From NCBI GenBank assembly GCA_045562675.1, contig JBJKVL010000011.1:21092-85091 (forward strand): 64,000 nt of DNA, read 5' to 3'. A program made the position numbers and the translations under genes. Position 1 is the stretch's first letter; each line of letters opens with the position of its first letter. Positions 49,628 to 60,068 of this stretch are shown here, piece by piece. The notes beneath the pieces were generated by a model. The model worked only from the letters and a program-made list of their open reading frames with translations. It had not been told where the DNA came from and made no database searches. The stretch is from Dehalococcoidia bacterium (lineage in GTDB: Bacteria > Chloroflexota > Dehalococcoidia > UBA2979).

Positions 49628-50203
49628 TTAAACCTGATAAAAAGAAAGAAAATTTGCAATCAAATTTTTTCCATATTCAGTAGCAATTGATTCAGGATGA
49701 AACTGGATTCCCTCAATCATCAATTCTTTATTTCGAACGCCCATTATTAAACCTGAATCAGAGCGTGCAGAAATTTCTAGCTCATTTGGTAAGCTTTTTT
49801 CATCTATTACTAAAGAATGATATCTAATAGCTGCAAAATCTTTAGGTATATTATCAAAAATGGCTTTTTCATCATGATGAATTATTGATTTTTTACCATG
49901 TAAAATTTCTCCTGCAGATACAATTTTACCTCCAAAGGCTTGTCCAATACATTGATGCCCTAAACATACACCTAAAATCGGAATCTTCCCTGCAATATTT
50001 TTAATCAATTCAGTACTTATACCTGCTTCATTTGGAGTACAAGGACCTGGTGAAACAATTACATACTTAGGTTGTAAATTTAAACATTCATCTATAGTCA
50101 AATGATCATTTCTAATAACCTGAATAGGTAAGTCGCTTAACTCAGAAAAAAACTGAAATAAGTTATAGGTAAAAGAATCATAATTATCAATAATTAATAT
50201 CAT
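49628..50203 (-). CDS. trpG: anthranilate synthase component II (glutamine amidotransferase)
   Basis: Class I GATase: GVCLGHQ catalytic Cys plus the His/Glu pair near the C-terminus. Confidence 0.88.
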   Translation of the reverse strand: MILIIDNYDSFTYNLFQFFSELSDLPIQVIRNDHLTIDECLNLQPKYVIVSPGPCTPNEAGISTELIKNIAGKIPILGVCLGHQCIGQAFGGKIVSAGEILHGKKSIIHHDEKAIFDNIPKDFAAIRYHSLVIDEKSLPNELEISARSDSGLIMGVRNKELMIEGIQFHPESIATEYGKNLIANFLSFYQV

Positions 50204-50217
50204 ATTTTTTCATTCAC

Positions 50218-51690
50218 TTAATAGCCTAATTGGCCAATTTTATCAAGGTTATTATATTCTTCAGCATCTCTTATCGAAGCGATTAATGCTTGGGCCTTAT
50301 GTTGTGTTTCTTCAAATTCTTTTTGAGGATCTGAATCAAAAACAATTCCTCCTCCTGCTTGTATATATGCAGTCCCCTCTTGAATAATCATTGTTCGAAT
50401 TGTAATACATGTCTCTATAGCACCAGTTGTACTGAAAAAGCCAACAGCTCCAGCATATGGGCCACGCTTATCTGGTTCTAGTTCTTGAATAATCTCTATT
50501 GCTCTAATTTTTGGAGCTCCAGAAACCGTCCCTGCAGGAAATGAAGAACGGAGTGCATCATAAGAAGTATAGTCTTTATTCAATTCTCCTCTTACATGCG
50601 AAACTAAATGCATTACATGAGAAAAATATTCTACATCAAATTGTTGAGTTACTTCAACTGTTCCAGACTTAGCCACTTTACCAATGTCATTACGTCCTAA
50701 ATCTAGTAACATAACGTGTTCAGCTATTTCTTTAGAATCATTTTTTAATTCGTTAGCAAGTATGGAATCTTCCTTTGCATCTTTACCTCGCGGTCTTGTT
50801 CCTGCAATTGGATGATTCTCAATGATATTATTTTCTATTTTGACTAATAATTCTGGTGAAGCTCCAACAATATGCGTATCTTTAAATTTCATAAAATACA
50901 TATAGGGCGATGGGTTAATTGCTCTCAAGGATCTATAAATTTCAAAAGGATGCGCCCCTGTTTCTACGCTGAACCTCTGAGACAAAACTGCTTGAATAAT
51001 ATCCCCATTTTCAATATATTGTTTAATATCATTTACAGCATTTTTATAGTCTTCCGGTACCCAGTTTGAAACAATAGATTCATTAGTTTTACCTGAAATT
51101 GGTTCGTATGGAAGACTGTCTAATGGCTTGGTGATTTTAGTAATCATTGACTCAATCTTATTTGTTGCATAAGCATAATTCTTTTCTAAATCACCATTCA
51201 ACCGAACATGGCTAACAATTTTAATACTATGCAATAAGTGATCATATACAACAACAGAATCAGAAAACATAAATAAAGAATCAGGAATCTCAAGAGATTC
51301 CGCCAATTCGCTTTTAATTCTTGGTTCAATATTTGATATATATTCAAATGATAAATATCCAACAGCACCACCACAAAAACTTGGTAATTCATGTGCGCTA
51401 GGAGCCTTAATTTCTTGTAATTTCTCTTCAACAAGTGTTAATGGATCAATATCTGAAGTTGTATCACTGACATATACTTCATAAGGATCTGTGCCAATTA
51501 AAGAATATCTACCTTGTCTACCAAATTCAGCTGATTCTAATAAATAAGAGTAATCTCCACCTTGTAATTTAAGATAAATTGAAAGAGGTGTTTCGAAATC
51601 AGCTCGTATTTGTTTGTAAATAGCAACTGCATTGAATTTGCTAGGATCAACCTGCTTTACTTCTTCAATTGATAAAGAATATTTGTTCAA
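50218..51690 (-). CDS. trpE: anthranilate synthase component I
   Basis: Chorismate-binding family C-terminal motifs (GAVGYF, GGGIVFDSDP). Confidence 0.9.
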   Translation of the reverse strand: MNKYSLSIEEVKQVDPSKFNAVAIYKQIRADFETPLSIYLKLQGGDYSYLLESAEFGRQGRYSLIGTDPYEVYVSDTTSDIDPLTLVEEKLQEIKAPSAHELPSFCGGAVGYLSFEYISNIEPRIKSELAESLEIPDSLFMFSDSVVVYDHLLHSIKIVSHVRLNGDLEKNYAYATNKIESMITKITKPLDSLPYEPISGKTNESIVSNWVPEDYKNAVNDIKQYIENGDIIQAVLSQRFSVETGAHPFEIYRSLRAINPSPYMYFMKFKDTHIVGASPELLVKIENNIIENHPIAGTRPRGKDAKEDSILANELKNDSKEIAEHVMLLDLGRNDIGKVAKSGTVEVTQQFDVEYFSHVMHLVSHVRGELNKDYTSYDALRSSFPAGTVSGAPKIRAIEIIQELEPDKRGPYAGAVGFFSTTGAIETCITIRTMIIQEGTAYIQAGGGIVFDSDPQKEFEETQHKAQALIASIRDAEEYNNLDKIGQLGY

Positions 51691-51715
51691 TTTTTGCCCC
51701 TTATTATTGTATGAT

Positions 51716-52273
51716 TTATTTACTATATCTAATTAAATCCATAATGATTTCTGCAGTTGCATCTAGCTGCTCATCTTCATTTAAAACTACGTGATCAAAA
51801 AGATTAGCTTGTGCCATTTCTTGAATCGCAATATTCATTCTCCTGTTAATTTCTTCTTGATTTTCTTGATTACGTGAATGGATTCGTTGAGATAATTGAT
51901 CCATATTTTCAGGAGATATAAATATTGAAACAGAGTTAGAGTACTGCTGCATTATATTTATAGAGCCTTTAACATCCAGTCTCACTAATATATTGTTTCC
52001 TGTCGCCAAAGCTTCTAACATGCTTTTTTTTGGCAATCCATAGTAATGTTCATATACTGAAGAATACTCAATAAGATCATTGTTACTTATTGATAATTCA
52101 AATTCTTTATTAGAAACAAAATAATAATCCTGACCATTTTTTTCATTTTCTCTTTTTGGCCTAGATGTCATTGTTACTGGTACTGAAAAATCGCCATTTT
52201 TATCTATAATGGCTTGGATAACTGCATCTTTGCCCACGCCAGATGGACCAGATAAAACAATAATTTTCTGCAC
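51716..52273 (-). CDS. gmk: guanylate kinase
   Basis: P-loop GPSGVGK and TTRPKRENEKNGQDYYF; located between aroA and trpE. Confidence 0.88.
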   Translation of the reverse strand: MQKIIVLSGPSGVGKDAVIQAIIDKNGDFSVPVTMTSRPKRENEKNGQDYYFVSNKEFELSISNNDLIEYSSVYEHYYGLPKKSMLEALATGNNILVRLDVKGSINIMQQYSNSVSIFISPENMDQLSQRIHSRNQENQEEINRRMNIAIQEMAQANLFDHVVLNEDEQLDATAEIIMDLIRYSK

Positions 52274-52289
52274 TATTTCTCCTTAATAA

Positions 52290-53591
52290 TTAGCTGACAC
52301 ATAATTTTTCAAAATCATTCCAAAAATTTGGATAAGAAATATTCACTGATTCAACATTCATCAATTCTGATTCTTCTTCTGAAATCAATGAAGCAATACC
52401 AGCTAACATTGTCATTCTATGATCAGAATCACAATAAAGTTTAGCACCATGCAAACTATTTAAGCCATTAATTAATAGATCATCTTCATGAGAAACAATT
52501 TCACCTCCAAATTGACTGATGATTTCAATAGTATTCGTCAATCTATTACTTTCTTTAACTTTTAATTCACTTATATTGCTTATATTAGTTTTGCCTTTTG
52601 CAAAACAAGCACCTAAGGCAATAAGTGGTATCTCATCTATCGCTCTAGGAATTAATTCTTTAGAAACTTTTGTACTCGATAACGAACTAGAATAAACACC
52701 TAAGTCAGCAACCTCTTCATTGCCCATCATACGCTTATTCATGATCTCTATTCGTGCGCCCATTGCAAGAAAAATATCAATAATTCCAGAACGTGTTTGG
52801 TTAATACATACATTTTTAATTTCAATTTCTGCGTCAGGATGCAAAATGCCTGCAACAATCCAAGGAGCTGCTGAACTGATATCACTCGGCACATCAATAT
52901 CTATAGATTGAAGTTCATTTGAATCACCATTTATTGTTATTTTATTTTCATGAATATTTAGTTTTGCTCCCATTGCTAACAGCATACGCTCTGTATGATC
53001 TCGAGATTTAAATGGCTCGACTATATTTAATATACCGCTAGAGCTTAAGCCAGCTAGCAGAAGTGCAGATTTTATTTGTGCTGAGGCTATTGTCATTTCA
53101 ATAGTTTTATCGGTTGTTAGTTGTTTGCCTTCTATAATTATAGGAGCACACCCATTTGATTGTTCTGAAAAAATATTGGCACCCATTTTGTTTAATAAGC
53201 TATATACTCTCTCCATAGGTCTAGATTGCAATGAGTCATCACCTATCAAGCGCATCGTGCCATTGACGCTTGCAATCAATCCCATCAATAATCTAATTGT
53301 TGTACCAGAATTACCACAATCTAGATCATCATCTGCAGCCTTTAAACCATTAATCCCTCGTCCTTTTACACGGTAACTTCCGTCATTATGAATATCAATT
53401 CCAACTCCTAATTGTTTAAGGCAGTTAATTGTTGATTGAATATCTTCAGATTCTAAAATCCCTTTAATTGTGGCAGTTTGGCCAGCGATTGAATTAAGTA
53501 TCAATGCACGATGACTTATAGATTTATCTCCGGGAGGAACAATTGTACCTCTTAGTTTTTTTGGTCGTGTAATTTTTTTATTCATAAACAA
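52290..53591 (-). CDS. aroA: 3-phosphoshikimate 1-carboxyvinyltransferase (EPSP synthase)
   Basis: LRGTIVPPGDKSISHRALI N-terminal motif; 433 aa. Confidence 0.92.
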   Translation of the reverse strand: MFMNKKITRPKKLRGTIVPPGDKSISHRALILNSIAGQTATIKGILESEDIQSTINCLKQLGVGIDIHNDGSYRVKGRGINGLKAADDDLDCGNSGTTIRLLMGLIASVNGTMRLIGDDSLQSRPMERVYSLLNKMGANIFSEQSNGCAPIIIEGKQLTTDKTIEMTIASAQIKSALLLAGLSSSGILNIVEPFKSRDHTERMLLAMGAKLNIHENKITINGDSNELQSIDIDVPSDISSAAPWIVAGILHPDAEIEIKNVCINQTRSGIIDIFLAMGARIEIMNKRMMGNEEVADLGVYSSSLSSTKVSKELIPRAIDEIPLIALGACFAKGKTNISNISELKVKESNRLTNTIEIISQFGGEIVSHEDDLLINGLNSLHGAKLYCDSDHRMTMLAGIASLISEEESELMNVESVNISYPNFWNDFEKLCVS

Positions 53592-53607
53592 TTTTCAAAT
53601 ATTTAAG

Positions 53608-54600
53608 TTATTTTCTGTTATCAAAATCGAGTTTATTAAGTTTGTCAGTCAACATGCCTCCCATAAGTAAATCAAATGCATTATAATCAGGAACATTTGT
53701 TAATTGCTCACCCCAATGCTCTCTACCAACTGCGCCATCAAGAAACTTTAAATAATCTAAATGCATTGCACCAATAAATCTGAATAATTCTTCTTTGTTT
53801 TCAGAGTCTTGTAAAAGTAATTTAATTTTCTGAAGTTCCTCCATATATCTTTCAATCCAATGAACAATATTTACTTGATTTGTCTCATTAATATCAAATG
53901 CTAAAGATGGATTTGTGCCAACTAATCTTGATGCACTTTTAAATCCACTTGAAGCTAACATTGAAAGTTCCGCCCATGCATTTGAATCTTTTGCTAAAGC
54001 AAATAAGGCTATTTGAGCAAATAATGGCATATGTGAAATAGCTGCAACATATGAATCATGTTCATTTGCATCCATAAACATTGGCTCAGCGCCCATTGCT
54101 TCAATAAGGCTAAGAATAGTTTTTATAGCATGCTGAGGAGTATTTTTAGTGGGTGTAATGACCCATCTAGAATCTTCAAAAATAGAACCATCAGAATAAT
54201 TTGGCCCAACTTCTGTTGAGCCAGCCATTGGATGACTGCCTATAAAAACAGCATCCTTAGATAAAATTGAATTTGCCCAATCAATAATGTTAGATTTTGT
54301 AGAAGATGTATCAGTAATTACTAAGTTAGCAATATTATTTGTTAAAATTGATTCATTAATTGCTTCGAAAATATCTTTAACGTCTAGAATAGGTGTAGCA
54401 ATTATAACAATTTTTGAATTTTTAACAATGACATCTATAGATTCAGCAACTGAATCAATAGCATTGATTTTTAGTGCAAGATTCAAATGATCTCGGTTGA
54501 CATCATAACCAATGATACTTATTCCTTTTTCACCATGACTGTGTAATCTTAAGCCAATTGAAGCACCAATAAGACCAGTTCCTATAATACCAATTTGCAT
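53608..54600 (-). CDS. tyrA: prephenate/arogenate dehydrogenase
   Basis: N-terminal Rossmann IGIIGTGLIGASIG and a TyrA C-domain. Confidence 0.85.
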   Translation of the reverse strand: MQIGIIGTGLIGASIGLRLHSHGEKGISIIGYDVNRDHLNLALKINAIDSVAESIDVIVKNSKIVIIATPILDVKDIFEAINESILTNNIANLVITDTSSTKSNIIDWANSILSKDAVFIGSHPMAGSTEVGPNYSDGSIFEDSRWVITPTKNTPQHAIKTILSLIEAMGAEPMFMDANEHDSYVAAISHMPLFAQIALFALAKDSNAWAELSMLASSGFKSASRLVGTNPSLAFDINETNQVNIVHWIERYMEELQKIKLLLQDSENKEELFRFIGAMHLDYLKFLDGAVGREHWGEQLTNVPDYNAFDLLMGGMLTDKLNKLDFDNRK

Positions 54601-54660
54601 ATTAGCCCCTTAAACTCCACTACTACAAACATTCTAACAATAAATAATTCAAAAATCTGA

Positions 54661-55422
54661 TTATTTTATTAGTTCATTAAGCATAAAAGACCAATCATTT
54701 ATCGAACCAGCAAAAAATTCAATAAAAATGTTTCTGAATGGTTCTATAAACCACCATAATGGGCTCAATAGACCACTCGTAATGAATGGCAGTACTACAA
54801 GCAAAATTAATAAGCCGGTACCCCATTTTTCCATATTAGATAATCTATAGGCCAATTCAGCTGGCATCAAACCTAAAATGACCTTGAAGCCATCTAGGGG
54901 AGGGATAGGAATAAGATTAAAAACTGCAAGTGTAATATTTACAAAAACAATCGTCCCAAAAAAAAGGCCCAACAAATTAGCAACACTTAATTTTGAAAAT
55001 GCAATAATTATATCTGCATAATCAGGAGGAACCAAAGGATGAGTTGGGACAAGCAGTCCTAAAAAAAATGGTATTGAAAAAATAAATGCGATAATGAGAT
55101 TGCTAAGGGGGCCGGCAAGAGCGACTAATGCCATATCTTTAATGGGATTAGCAAAATAATTAGGATTCACTGGTACTGGTTTTGCCCAACCAAATCCAAC
55201 AAAAAAAATCAAAGAGGAGCCAAAGGGATCTAAATGAGCAAGTGGATTTAAAGTCAAGCGACCATTGTGTTTTGCTGTAGGATCACCTAATTTATTTGCA
55301 ATATAGCCATGAACTAATTCATGTAAAACTAATCCCAATAACAAAGAAACACTTAAGGCGAGAATTATGATAAAAAATGCTAGAGGTGAATTTTTTAATA
55401 ACGAAAGATACACGAAAAACAA
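54661..55422 (-). CDS. site-2 protease (peptidase M50B) family membrane metalloprotease
   Basis: HELVHGYIA (HExxH) in a TM helix and NLIPIPPLDG (LDG motif); polytopic; heads the aromatic gene block. Confidence 0.75.
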   Translation of the reverse strand: MFFVYLSLLKNSPLAFFIIILALSVSLLLGLVLHELVHGYIANKLGDPTAKHNGRLTLNPLAHLDPFGSSLIFFVGFGWAKPVPVNPNYFANPIKDMALVALAGPLSNLIIAFIFSIPFFLGLLVPTHPLVPPDYADIIIAFSKLSVANLLGLFFGTIVFVNITLAVFNLIPIPPLDGFKVILGLMPAELAYRLSNMEKWGTGLLILLVVLPFITSGLLSPLWWFIEPFRNIFIEFFAGSINDWSFMLNELIK

Positions 55423-55479
55423 TTTCAGCTCCTTGGCTGTAGAGTATATTTTTACTCGATCATATTGTACATTTGAAAT

Positions 55480-56706
55480 ATGTTAGAAAAATTTATAGAA
55501 AACAGAATTAATAAGAAAATAATTAATTTCTTCAACAAGCCTCTTGTTTTGCTTATATTTTTTGGAACATCAATAACAATTTTTTTTGCATTACAACATG
55601 GCATTTTTATAAATATTCAACAAGCCATAACCACAAAAGATACTGATACAAGGTTAATCACAATAGAACATTCTAAACACAAAGATACGATTTATACTTA
55701 TTCAGGTTCAAAATTTATCAATAAAGAAAAAATTGCTGAAATAGAGCATTTACCAAATTGGAGCATTAATGCATCTCATGTAAATAATGACTCAAACCTG
55801 ATAATGATTATCCCAAATAATACCAAGGAACTAATAAACCCAAGATTTAATGCAGAAATTATTGCTTATAATTTGCAATCAAAAAAACAGATTGTAATCG
55901 GCGGAGATGCTGACTTATTAGTAAAACCACTATTTGATGAAAAAAATAAAACAGTGTACTATCGTTCAACATCTCATAATCAAGAAACAAGATTAATAAA
56001 ATACAACCTTAATACAAGAATCAAAAAAACAATATTTAAAACAAGTAATGAAATGGCAATTTTCCCTATTTTTGCTAATAAAAATAACTTATATGTAATC
56101 AAATATGACGTTCAAGGAAGTAAATTAATGATAATTTCTGATATGAAGATAAAAGAAATTACTCATCTTTCAGACCATTTCATAAGAGATTGGTCAATCA
56201 GTGATGACAAAAATCAACTTTTATTTATAGAACAAGAAGCAACCAATCAGTATCTACAATATAATCTAAAAATTTTAAATATCAACAATCAAGAGTATGT
56301 TGAATTCAATTTTAGTAAAGATTCTTATGCTTTTCAAAAAGAAATTTTGTCCATAACAGGGAATACTACTAGCAAAAATAGAGATGCAATAAATTATTTT
56401 AAACCGATTTGGTTAAACGTTAATGAAATGGCCTTTGGCACCAATTCAGTACTGCTTCAAAATAATCAGCCAATTAGTACATTTAATATCAATACATCCA
56501 GCTTAGATCAACTAATTCAACCTCTAAAGGGTCTTGACACTCCCATTGCATTTGATAGTTATGGCAAGAATATGCTGGTAAAAAATATACAGCCAGAGAT
56601 GAATTATCTAGAGAAAATATATGTAATTAATAATGAACTTAAAACTCGCTTGCCCATTGAAAGTAATAGTTTAATTATCTATGCAAATTGGTGGTACTTA
56701 AATTGA
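55480..56706 (+). CDS. hypothetical membrane-anchored protein with predicted beta-propeller-like extracytoplasmic domain
   Basis: N-terminal TM helix and repeated beta-strand-rich segments; no catalytic motif recognised. Confidence 0.45.
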   Translation: MLEKFIENRINKKIINFFNKPLVLLIFFGTSITIFFALQHGIFINIQQAITTKDTDTRLITIEHSKHKDTIYTYSGSKFINKEKIAEIEHLPNWSINASHVNNDSNLIMIIPNNTKELINPRFNAEIIAYNLQSKKQIVIGGDADLLVKPLFDEKNKTVYYRSTSHNQETRLIKYNLNTRIKKTIFKTSNEMAIFPIFANKNNLYVIKYDVQGSKLMIISDMKIKEITHLSDHFIRDWSISDDKNQLLFIEQEATNQYLQYNLKILNINNQEYVEFNFSKDSYAFQKEILSITGNTTSKNRDAINYFKPIWLNVNEMAFGTNSVLLQNNQPISTFNINTSSLDQLIQPLKGLDTPIAFDSYGKNMLVKNIQPEMNYLEKIYVINNELKTRLPIESNSLIIYANWWYLN

Positions 56707-58031
56707 AAAAAAAATTTTTTGATATATTTTTAATCTTAATAGTTGCCACAATTATTATATTTAATATAGGAGAAAAACAGGCTAATGCATGTGCCTTCTT
56801 AAATACTCCACATGCTTATGAATCTGATAAAAATAGGACGGCATATCTTAAATTACTTGAATATGCAGCATCAGGTAAATTATTCAAAGGGAATGGAGAC
56901 TTTGCGCTGCCAACAGGAGAAGCAGGAACTCGAAGCAATAGAAGAGAAGTTGGTGCAGAGCTACCTCATGAGATACTAAAATCAATTGCTTGGGTAGAAT
57001 CTGAAATGCTCATGGCTACAGTACAAGTTGCATATAACTCTAAAGGACCTGCTTTGGTTGCATTTGACTGTGGTTATGGAATTATGCAAATTACTTCTGG
57101 GATGGAAAAACCAGCTGATGGGAAAATTTCTAGCAAGGAACAAGTTCTTATCGCAACTCATCCATCTTATAATATTGCAAAAGGAGCTGAATTATTAATT
57201 GAAAAATGGAATCAAGCTCCTCAAAGCAGGCCTATTGTTGGTACAGATACAGATTCAGACCCTAATATTTTAGAAAATTGGTATTATGCAACATGGAGTT
57301 ATAACGGGTTTAGTGGCCCTGGTACCAATAAATCAAACCACCCATTAGATCCAATTTTTTCATCATGGCCAAGACCAATCTACACTTGTGATGGACGTTA
57401 TCCAAAAAATCAGTTCCCCTATCAAGAATTGGTATGGGGCTGCCTTAATAATCCGCCAATAATCTCAGGTGAACAATTATGGCAACCAGTTAATGTATCA
57501 TTGCCAAACTTAACCGATCCAATATTTGCAAATAAATTATCTTTATCTAATTTTAATTTTCCTTATTACAATATGGATATACCTACTCCTCAACCAATGC
57601 ATTACAGCAAAAAAATTCAAACAATAATTCCTTCAGCCAACATGATGTTAGGGCAACCAAATGCATCAATTTCAAAAGATAAATTAAGAATCCAAACAAA
57701 TGTAAAAAATAATCTAGCAGATAGAACAATTATAATTAGGAATAACGGTTCAGGCCTATTATCATGGAATGCTTATACAACTTATCCATGGATCGTAATT
57801 GAAAAGCCAGCAGGGGTTGCGATTGGCAAAGATGTGAAATGTAGCACTGTAAATTGCCAAAGAGAATCTGAAGTAATTATAAAGATTAATCCAACATTAT
57901 TGCCTGATACGAGGGCAATAGGTAAGATTGTTATACAATTTGCAAACTTGAATATTGTAGATCGAGTAATCACAGTTGATGCATTTGCTGAATTCAACTC
58001 AGGAGTATCAGGCATTAGCAAAATATATTAA
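56688..58031 (+). CDS. secreted protein with lytic-transglycosylase (SLT)-like domain and C-terminal Ig/BACON-like domain
   Basis: Signal peptide (the likely start is TTG 56703, overlapping the upstream stop as TTGA). The SLT-like catalytic region is IAWVESEM...GYGIMQIT. Confidence 0.5.
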   Translation: MVVLKLKKKFFDIFLILIVATIIIFNIGEKQANACAFLNTPHAYESDKNRTAYLKLLEYAASGKLFKGNGDFALPTGEAGTRSNRREVGAELPHEILKSIAWVESEMLMATVQVAYNSKGPALVAFDCGYGIMQITSGMEKPADGKISSKEQVLIATHPSYNIAKGAELLIEKWNQAPQSRPIVGTDTDSDPNILENWYYATWSYNGFSGPGTNKSNHPLDPIFSSWPRPIYTCDGRYPKNQFPYQELVWGCLNNPPIISGEQLWQPVNVSLPNLTDPIFANKLSLSNFNFPYYNMDIPTPQPMHYSKKIQTIIPSANMMLGQPNASISKDKLRIQTNVKNNLADRTIIIRNNGSGLLSWNAYTTYPWIVIEKPAGVAIGKDVKCSTVNCQRESEVIIKINPTLLPDTRAIGKIVIQFANLNIVDRVITVDAFAEFNSGVSGISKIY

Positions 58032-58039
58032 GGATCAAT

Positions 58040-59095
58040 ATGCGTTTAGGTATTTTAACAGGTATGGTTTCAACAGAAAAAAAAGCTCTTGCGACTTCGG
58101 TGCCGGGCAGTAGAAGTAATGCTACTATTGCTGAAAGCTGGCAAACATCAATAGAAAAAATTCAAATAGCAGAAAGCCTTGGATATGAATGTGTAGTCGT
58201 GCCCGAATCATGGCAATTGTCTGCAATACCATGGCTCTCTTTAATTGCTGAGCACACAAACAAAATTCAAATAGGCACATCAATAATTAATTCATACTCT
58301 CGTTCTCCTGCTGCACTCGCTCAAGATTTCGCAACTTTAGAAATCATATCAGAGGGCAGAATGATACTTGGTATTGGTAGTTCAAGTGCTGCTGTAGTAG
58401 AAAATTACCATGGAATTCCATTTAAAAAGCCTCTAAGGAGATTAAAAGAATATACTGAAATATTTAATATGTTAATAAGTGGTGAAAAACTATTTTATGA
58501 AGGTGAAATTTATAAGCTGACTCAAGGATTCTCATTAAGATACGATAGGCCGCGTGATCATGTGCCTGTTTGGATCGCTTCATTAACACCAAAATCACTT
58601 GAACAATCAGGTGAAATCGCTGATGGAATTATGCCGGTACATTGGCCAAGCTCTCGTATGTTTGAATTAAAAGAACAAATGAATGTAGGAGCAAAGAAAA
58701 TTGATAGAGATGTTAATGAAATAGTCGTTGCTCCACATAGCCATCTATTTATTCTTGATGGTAATAATGATGATGCGATCTGGGACGAGGCAAGAAAACC
58801 ACTAGAAATGTATATTAATAGAATGGGTAATTTTTATCATGAAATGATGACAAGAACGGGATGGGAAAAAGAAGTTGCTGAATCACAAAAAGCATTTGCC
58901 GACAAAGATATGGATAAGGCAATTCAAGCAATTTCAAATGATATGGTTGAAGAAATTCAAGTTATTGGTACTGTTGAGCAAATCAGAGATCGATTACAAG
59001 AAAGATCAAAAAATGGTGCTGATGTACAAATTATATACATGCCAAAAGGAGAACCAAAAGAAGCCGGTAAATTACTTGAAAAATTAATTAGCTAA
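58040..59095 (+). CDS. LLM-class (luciferase-like) flavin/F420-dependent oxidoreductase
   Basis: TIM-barrel LLM family pattern (LGILTG..., GRMILGIGSS), 351 aa. Confidence 0.8.
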   Translation: MRLGILTGMVSTEKKALATSVPGSRSNATIAESWQTSIEKIQIAESLGYECVVVPESWQLSAIPWLSLIAEHTNKIQIGTSIINSYSRSPAALAQDFATLEIISEGRMILGIGSSSAAVVENYHGIPFKKPLRRLKEYTEIFNMLISGEKLFYEGEIYKLTQGFSLRYDRPRDHVPVWIASLTPKSLEQSGEIADGIMPVHWPSSRMFELKEQMNVGAKKIDRDVNEIVVAPHSHLFILDGNNDDAIWDEARKPLEMYINRMGNFYHEMMTRTGWEKEVAESQKAFADKDMDKAIQAISNDMVEEIQVIGTVEQIRDRLQERSKNGADVQIIYMPKGEPKEAGKLLEKLIS

Positions 59096-59097
59096 AA

Positions 59098-59523
59098 CTA
59101 TTTTGGTAATTTAACTAGTGCAAAACCGGGAGTAGTTGATGTGCCGTCTTGTCTAAAAACATCAACTTCAAGTTTAAGTATTTTTTCATCTGCTTCATTT
59201 GTTATTTTTTCAATAACTTTTAATGTAGTTGACAAGGTATCATTTTTTTGATTAATAGCTGTATATCTACAAGACACTTGCATAACTTCAATTTCATCAC
59301 CTAGCCAATCTCGGATTGCATTATGGATATATGAAAATCGCATTTGACCCATTCCAAACATGCCTTCAGGATTTTCAGCGGCAATAGCGACTTGATCATC
59401 CATATGAACTAAATAAAATTCATCATTTGCAGCAGCGAACCGGTTCCATTCCATTGGTCCCGTAACTCGCTCCCATTTTGGAGAGATATCTCCTACTTCA
59501 AAATCATTAAAATGGTTTTTCAT
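59098..59523 (-). CDS. MaoC-like (R)-specific enoyl hydratase / hotdog dehydratase subunit (HadB/ChsH2-like)
   Basis: 141 aa hotdog fold; immediately downstream of, and contiguous with, its partner gene. Confidence 0.7.
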   Translation of the reverse strand: MKNHFNDFEVGDISPKWERVTGPMEWNRFAAANDEFYLVHMDDQVAIAAENPEGMFGMGQMRFSYIHNAIRDWLGDEIEVMQVSCRYTAINQKNDTLSTTLKVIEKITNEADEKILKLEVDVFRQDGTSTTPGFALVKLPK

Positions 59524-60012
59524 TTAATACCTTACTCCTGTAGAAAATCGTGTTCTAACAAGCTCTTTATCTTGATTAATCCATTCTGATTCATTAATGA
59601 CAAACAAAGTTTGGCCGAGTCTCGTTTTAGTTAATTTATATTCACTGACTCTACTTCGTTCAGTAATAATGTCGCCTATGTAAATCTGAACACCATAAAC
59701 ATCATTTGTACCTCCTGCCATACTTCTTAAATGAGGTATTAAGCCAATATCAAGCCCACCATTTGATTCATCAGCTTTGACTGGCCATGCAAACGGATTA
59801 AACTCTCTTGGAGCAATAATTTTACCCCAGTTGGTTTTTTTTGCATAATTTTGATTAACAAAAATTTCTGGAGGATTTTCAGGCCAGTATACTCCTATAG
59901 CCCATCTTCTTATATCTGAAAAATCAACAGGGAATGAAACTCTTTTACGGTACCATTCACCCTTGGCTTTGTCTAAGGAATTAATAGCCTTCGCTATGTC
60001 ATCTTTGTTCAT
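59524..60012 (-). CDS. hotdog-fold partner subunit (HadA/ChsH1-like, MaoC N-terminal type)
   Basis: 162 aa; the segment WGKIIAPREFNPFAW resembles the non-catalytic partner of heterodimeric hydratases. Confidence 0.55.
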   Translation of the reverse strand: MNKDDIAKAINSLDKAKGEWYRKRVSFPVDFSDIRRWAIGVYWPENPPEIFVNQNYAKKTNWGKIIAPREFNPFAWPVKADESNGGLDIGLIPHLRSMAGGTNDVYGVQIYIGDIITERSRVSEYKLTKTRLGQTLFVINESEWINQDKELVRTRFSTGVRY

Positions 60013-60068
60013 CTAAACTCTCTTTATAAATTTAGTTATGATATATTATATTTTAGCACAAAATAGGA

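Noticed and set aside
51691-51715. Looked for a trp leader peptide/attenuator or T-box upstream of trpE, and a T-box upstream of tyrS and proS.
   Set aside because: Only 25 nt separate gmk and trpE, and the tyrS and proS upstream spacers are under 20 nt. There are no tandem Trp codons or specifier-loop/T-box consensus, so no room for such leaders.
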